Shown here: piece after piece, positions 59,818 to 64,000 of the stretch
Position numbering within the stretch: position 1 is the stretch's first letter
Layout of the letters: each line of letters opens with the position of its first letter
Assembly: GCA_963674755.2 (NCBI GenBank)
Contig: CAXXVS010000002.1
Coordinates: 768,001 to 832,000 of the forward strand
DNA length: 64,000 bases
Reading direction: 5' to 3'
Source of the DNA: Desulfobacterales bacterium
Lineage (GTDB): Bacteria > Desulfobacterota > Desulfobacteria > Desulfobacterales > UBA5852
Program-made: the position numbers and the translations under genes
Notes under the pieces: generated by a model
What the model was told of the DNA's origin: nothing
Seen by the model: only the letters and a program-made list of their open reading frames with translations
The model's database searches: none

Positions 59818-61093
59818 GAACTGTGATTTCGACGGCCTGGCCTCGGCCATTGCCGTCACCCTGCTGCACCCCGGCACGGTCGTGGTCATCCCCAAGGCCG
59901 TCAATCCCAATGTGAGGGCCTTTCTTTCCATGCATAAGGACGTTTTCGACGTCCGCCCACCGGCCGAAATCGATCTGGAGGCAGTGACCGCGCTCTTTGT
60001 GGTCGATGTAGCCCAGTGGCACCGCCTGGACGGCCTGGCCGCGTTGCGGGAGAAACCGGATCTCGCCATCAAGATCTGGGACCATCACCCCGGCCAGGAG
60101 AACATCGATACCGCCGCTATCTGCCAGGAACCGATGGGGGCCTGTATCACCCTGCTCATTCGGGAGCTCATGGCCTGCCGGACCATCCTGACCCCTATCC
60201 AGGCCACTTTGTTCATCACCGGCCTTTATGAAGATACCGGCCGCTTGACCTTTCCCTCCACCAGGGCCGAAGATGCCCGGGCGGCCGCCTACCTGCTGGA
60301 AAACGGCGCCGATTTATCCATCGCCGGAAGGATTTTGCGGCCTTTTTACGGTGAAAAGCAAAAGGATATCCTGCACGCCATGCTGCAGGAGACCCGACGT
60401 TTGAAAATCGACGGCTACAGCATCGGTATCGGGCGAATCGAGATCCGCGGTCATGTAGACAGCCTGGCCTTGGTGGTGCGGCTCATTCGGGAGCTGTTGA
60501 ATGTGGACGCCGCCATCGGGCTCTTTCATCATCCGGAACGGGATCAGTGCATGGTGATTGGAAGAAGCGCGGTGGAAGAATTGAACATCGGCGCCATCAT
60601 GCGGCATCTGGGCGGTGGCGGACACCCGGGCGCCGGATCGGCCCTGCTGAAGGGCGTCAATCCGCGCGCCATCGAAGAAATGGTACTGGGGCTGATCGAG
60701 GGTAACCAGCAGGCCTCTGTCCGGGTGAGCGACCTGATGTCGTTTCCGGTGGCCAGCGTCACCTCGACCACGCCCATGGAAGTCGTGGCCCGAATCCTGC
60801 GCACCAAGGGCTGTACGGGGCTGCCGGTCATCGATGACGGCCACCTCAAGGGCGTTATTTCGCGGCGCGATTTCAAACGGGTGCGCAAAAAAAAGCAGCT
60901 CGCGGCCCCGGTCAAGGCCTTCATGACGGACCAGGTCCATACCATCACGCCGGACAAAAGCCCGGGCCAGGCCGTCGGTCTGATGATCAAACACGATATC
61001 GGCCGTCTGCCGGTGGTGGAAAACGGGAAAGTCATCGGTATTGTGACCCGCACGGACGCCATGCTCTATTTTTATGATATGCTGCCCGACTAA
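59795..61093 (+). CDS. DHH/DHHA1 phosphoesterase with C-terminal CBS pair
   Basis: H..CDFDGLAS, VVD, DHH, EDTG, GGGH motifs; VSDLM/VKAFM CBS pair. Confidence 0.88.
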   Translation: MQIVTTHKNCDFDGLASAIAVTLLHPGTVVVIPKAVNPNVRAFLSMHKDVFDVRPPAEIDLEAVTALFVVDVAQWHRLDGLAALREKPDLAIKIWDHHPGQENIDTAAICQEPMGACITLLIRELMACRTILTPIQATLFITGLYEDTGRLTFPSTRAEDARAAAYLLENGADLSIAGRILRPFYGEKQKDILHAMLQETRRLKIDGYSIGIGRIEIRGHVDSLALVVRLIRELLNVDAAIGLFHHPERDQCMVIGRSAVEELNIGAIMRHLGGGGHPGAGSALLKGVNPRAIEEMVLGLIEGNQQASVRVSDLMSFPVASVTSTTPMEVVARILRTKGCTGLPVIDDGHLKGVISRRDFKRVRKKKQLAAPVKAFMTDQVHTITPDKSPGQAVGLMIKHDIGRLPVVENGKVIGIVTRTDAMLYFYDMLPD

Positions 61094-61197
61094 ATTCCCG
61101 GGAGATTTCCAAGGGCTGTGCAAACCGTCACCCTGCTAGACCGCTAACCGATCGTGCTGCGTGCAGCGCCTATCGCCGACCTAAATGAGGATTGCCA

Positions 61198-61803
61198 ATG
61201 AACGCCGAAGAAACCTACCCTTTCTATGAAATGGTCGAATTCCCAAACATCCTGCTGGAAACGCCTGGTTTTCAGGAAACCCTGGAGCACCTGACGGAAT
61301 TGTGCCGGGTACCCCGTTTCCTGGCCGGAACCGGACTTACGCTGACCCCCGAGGCGGAACGCCGGCTGCGGCTGAAACTGGTGGCACACCTTCTGGACCA
61401 GATGACCACCGACCGTGTGGATGCGCCTTATATTTCGGTGTGGGAAAGCGGGCGCCACCAGGAAGTCAAGATGGTCTACATCAATCCGGCCATCGCGAAG
61501 ATGACCGGGTTCAGCGCCCAGCAGGTCCTCAAGGTGGGCTTCAGTATCTTTGTGCCGGATGATACCATTACCCGCTTCGACCGCAAGGACGGCGCCCTGG
61601 CGAAGGTTGACGTGCCTATTGAAAAGGCCCGCCAGGACCGGCAGCGGCGGCAGATCGGCGGGCGTTGGGAGCGTGTCTATGAGATCCTGAAAAAAGAGGG
61701 CAGCGGGTATGTCCGGGATGTCGCCGTGATCGAGGAAGTCGGGAATCTGTGCATCTCCACCGGCATTCTGATGGACGCCAGCCTCGAATTCGAGTCCCGT
61801 TGA
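61198..61803 (+). CDS. Hypothetical protein with PAS-like segment
   Basis: MVYINPAIAKMTGFSAQQV PAS-like N-cap; GAGG RBS. Confidence 0.55.
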   Translation: MNAEETYPFYEMVEFPNILLETPGFQETLEHLTELCRVPRFLAGTGLTLTPEAERRLRLKLVAHLLDQMTTDRVDAPYISVWESGRHQEVKMVYINPAIAKMTGFSAQQVLKVGFSIFVPDDTITRFDRKDGALAKVDVPIEKARQDRQRRQIGGRWERVYEILKKEGSGYVRDVAVIEEVGNLCISTGILMDASLEFESR

Positions 61804-61924
61804 CCGCCGTCTCGCGCAACTGGCTTGGCGCGTCGGCCCTGACATGACGCCCCACGGGATCCGGCAAGGCGCCGACCCATGGGGTTCGCTCCTCCATGAT
61901 CCGGACGACTCGATGGGGATGGGA

Positions 61925-62431
61925 TCAGGCCTGGTGCTCCCTGATCATGCGGTCGATCTCACCGGTAATGAAGTCCGCCAGGCTTTCGGCTTCAGCGCGG
62001 GTGATGGTGGCTACGCTTTGGGCCAGTCCGGCGATTTTCTCTTCCGGAAGGTCGGTGGTTTTGTTGATCATGAATTCATCGACTTCACCTTCTTCCAAGA
62101 GCCGGCCGCAGCCCCCGGCAGCACCGATGAATTCCCCCTGGAAGAAAATCGGCACCACCACTTTGATCAGTCCGGCATCACATTCCTCGATAACGGGAGC
62201 CCGGTCGTTCTTGGCCATGGCTGCCATGTTCTGATGGGCCACCGCGCAGATATAGGTCTGGCCCCTGCCGGTAGCCCGGAGGGCGGAGCACAATTCGTTG
62301 GCTTGGCGGGATTGGCCGGTAATACCGATGCCGTTCACATCGTAAATGCTGGCGCGCATGCCTGAGCGCTGACGAATGGCTTCTTCCAGGGCGACCCATT
62401 TTTCAAGCGGTTGCAGATCGGTCAGCTTCAT
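61925..62431 (-). CDS. Stand-alone PocR ligand-binding domain protein
   Basis: N.LC...C....M...A.....PVIEECDAGL...VVPI...GE..G PocR pattern; AAGGAG RBS. Confidence 0.8.
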   Translation of the reverse strand: MKLTDLQPLEKWVALEEAIRQRSGMRASIYDVNGIGITGQSRQANELCSALRATGRGQTYICAVAHQNMAAMAKNDRAPVIEECDAGLIKVVVPIFFQGEFIGAAGGCGRLLEEGEVDEFMINKTTDLPEEKIAGLAQSVATITRAEAESLADFITGEIDRMIREHQA

Positions 62432-62594
62432 TGCAAATGACTCCTTTTAAGCGAGATGAGATGGATAGAATTCCCGGGTTACAGGGTCGGGCAAGCAGGC
62501 ATTGGCCGTCATCTTTCAGATCGACTTGCCGCTCCGCGGCGATTGGCAGTTTTGCCCTATACGCGGCTGATTTTGAACACGGTTCTCTGCTTTT

Positions 62595-63599
62595 TTAGCG
62601 GTTGTCGCCATCGATCAGGCCGCCCAGGGAGCCCAGGATCGACCCTTCGCCCTGGCTGCCGCCGCGCTGGGGGGCGGCCTGGAGCATGCGGCCCGCCAGC
62701 CGGGAAAAGGGCAGGGATTGCAGCCAGATTTTGCCGGGTCCCTGCAGGACTGCGAAGAAGAGGCCTTCGCCGCCGAACAGCGCTGTTTTGATATTGCCGG
62801 CCTGTTCGATATTGAAGCCGACGCTGGATTCGAAAGCTACGACGCAGCCCGTATCCACATGAACCACTTCACCGGGCGCCAGTTCGCGTTCCACCACCGT
62901 GCCCCCGGCGTGCACGAAAATATGCCCGTCGCCCTCCAGTTTCTGCATCACGAAGCCTTCCCCGCCAAAAAGCCCTGTAAGAATACGGCGTTGAAAATAG
63001 ATGCCGATGGAAACGCCTTTGGCGGCGCACAGGAAGCTGTCCTTCTGACAGATCAGGCAGCCGTTCACGCTGGGCAGGGCAATGGGGATGATATTGCCGG
63101 GGTAGGGCGCCCCGAAAGCCACATGGGCCTTGCCGCGTCCGTTGTGGGAGAAAACGGTCATAAACAGACTCTCGCCGGTCAGCAGGCGTTTGCCGGCCCC
63201 CAGGAGCTTGTCCATGAAGCCGCCGCCGGCGCTGGCGTGGGAGCCGTCGCCGAAGACCGTTTCCATGACGATGGAGGGATCTTTGTACATCATGGCGCCG
63301 GCTTCGGCCACCGCACTTTCGCCCGGATCGAGTTCCACTTCCACAAACTGCATCTCTGCGCCGAAGATTTTGAAGTCGATCTCATCGGCCAACCGGCGCC
63401 GGCTGCGGGGCGGAGGCGGTGCCGCCGGCGAGGTTTGCGGCGAGGAGGCTAGTTCGGCGATCTGGGAAATGGGCACCCAATCGGCAAACCCCTCGCGCCA
63501 GGCATAACCGTTGGGGTCAAGCTGGGCCTGGGCGGCCGCCCGGGCCTGGTCCAAGGGACCGCTTTGTTGACCGTCGTAGCTCAGATACCATTGGGCCAT
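62595..63599 (-). CDS. TIGR00266/AIM24 family protein with N-terminal GYF_2 domain
   Basis: WY....GQQSGP...WREGFADWVPI GYF_2; MQFVEVELDPGE, TGESLF, FGGEGF repeats. Confidence 0.9.
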   Translation of the reverse strand: MAQWYLSYDGQQSGPLDQARAAAQAQLDPNGYAWREGFADWVPISQIAELASSPQTSPAAPPPPRSRRRLADEIDFKIFGAEMQFVEVELDPGESAVAEAGAMMYKDPSIVMETVFGDGSHASAGGGFMDKLLGAGKRLLTGESLFMTVFSHNGRGKAHVAFGAPYPGNIIPIALPSVNGCLICQKDSFLCAAKGVSIGIYFQRRILTGLFGGEGFVMQKLEGDGHIFVHAGGTVVERELAPGEVVHVDTGCVVAFESSVGFNIEQAGNIKTALFGGEGLFFAVLQGPGKIWLQSLPFSRLAGRMLQAAPQRGGSQGEGSILGSLGGLIDGDNR

Positions 63600-63600
63600 G

Positions 63601-63999
63601 TCAAGCTCCTTTTGCCGATGCGCGACCGCCTGAGGTGATCGAGCGGAGTTTATTCTCGATACTGTCGACCGTTTGGGAGTCTAAATGCAGCGCCTGAGCG
63701 AGGCCCTGCAAATACTGTCGCTCGGCCTCACTGTCGACCGTCATGACCAGCCGTGACAAGGCATAGACCTGCAAGGCTTGCTTCCGGTCTGCCACCCCCT
63801 GCGCAATATCCTCCAGCGCGGCCGGTGAAAGCAGTTCCCGGGACAGAAACGCCTGTTCCTCGGCGTTGAGGTCGACGGCCCGCCATTGCTTTAAAATGCG
63901 TTGGCGCTCCTTTGCGTCCATATGGCCGTCCGCATGGGCGGCGGCGATCATGGCGCGGATCAGCAGCACGGACGGGTTGTTGCCTTGGCTCCGGGCTGA
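63601..63999 (-). CDS. DUF533 / TerB-like protein (5' end outside the window)
   Basis: LLIRAMIAAAHADGHMD..ER..I ... ERQYL..LAQAL.L motif. Confidence 0.82.
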   Translation of the reverse strand, partial: SARSQGNNPSVLLIRAMIAAAHADGHMDAKERQRILKQWRAVDLNAEEQAFLSRELLSPAALEDIAQGVADRKQALQVYALSRLVMTVDSEAERQYLQGLAQALHLDSQTVDSIENKLRSITSGGRASAKGA

Positions 64000-64000
64000 T

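Noticed and set aside
62595..63599. GYF_2 domain as a link to the Mgl/GltJ-type system
   Set aside because: GYF_2-TIGR00266 fusions next to DUF533 appear to be an ordinary arrangement, 16 kb away from the cluster, with no evidence of connection
1..64000. CRISPR arrays, tRNA/rRNA genes, IS elements
   Set aside because: No regularly spaced direct repeats, cloverleaf motifs or transposase ORFs recognised by eye; a tRNAscan/Infernal run would be needed to exclude them fully

Overview
GC-rich chromosomal window; gene content and style suggest a sulfate-reducing Desulfobacterota (Desulfobacterales-like) organism, which is an inference. Most of it is housekeeping and transport: a CBS/left-handed beta-helix/CBS/DASS transporter cluster, a Tat-exported Fe-SOD, an MltF-like transglycosylase, two radical SAM enzymes, ileS-lspA-holA-pyk, a liv ABC operon, a stand-alone EF-G, rsmG, two more ABC systems and an ACT/DUF711 operon. 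The standout is a visibly AT-richer, co-oriented 10-gene block at about 36.2-46.4 kb. It encodes MglB, MglA, several DUF4388/PATAN-like and winged-helix accessory proteins, a zinc-ribbon-Cache-HAMP membrane receptor with no catalytic output domain, a PAS-HisKA protein without a kinase ATPase domain, a REC-DUF4388 regulator, a second roadblock protein and a TPR-fused PilB/GspE ATPase. Together these look like a self-contained receptor to small GTPase to pilus/secretion motor signalling system. A candidate uORF/terminator attenuator sits in the fusA leader. I recognised no tRNA, rRNA, CRISPR array, integrase or transposase. All family assignments come from motif recognition by eye, not database searches.
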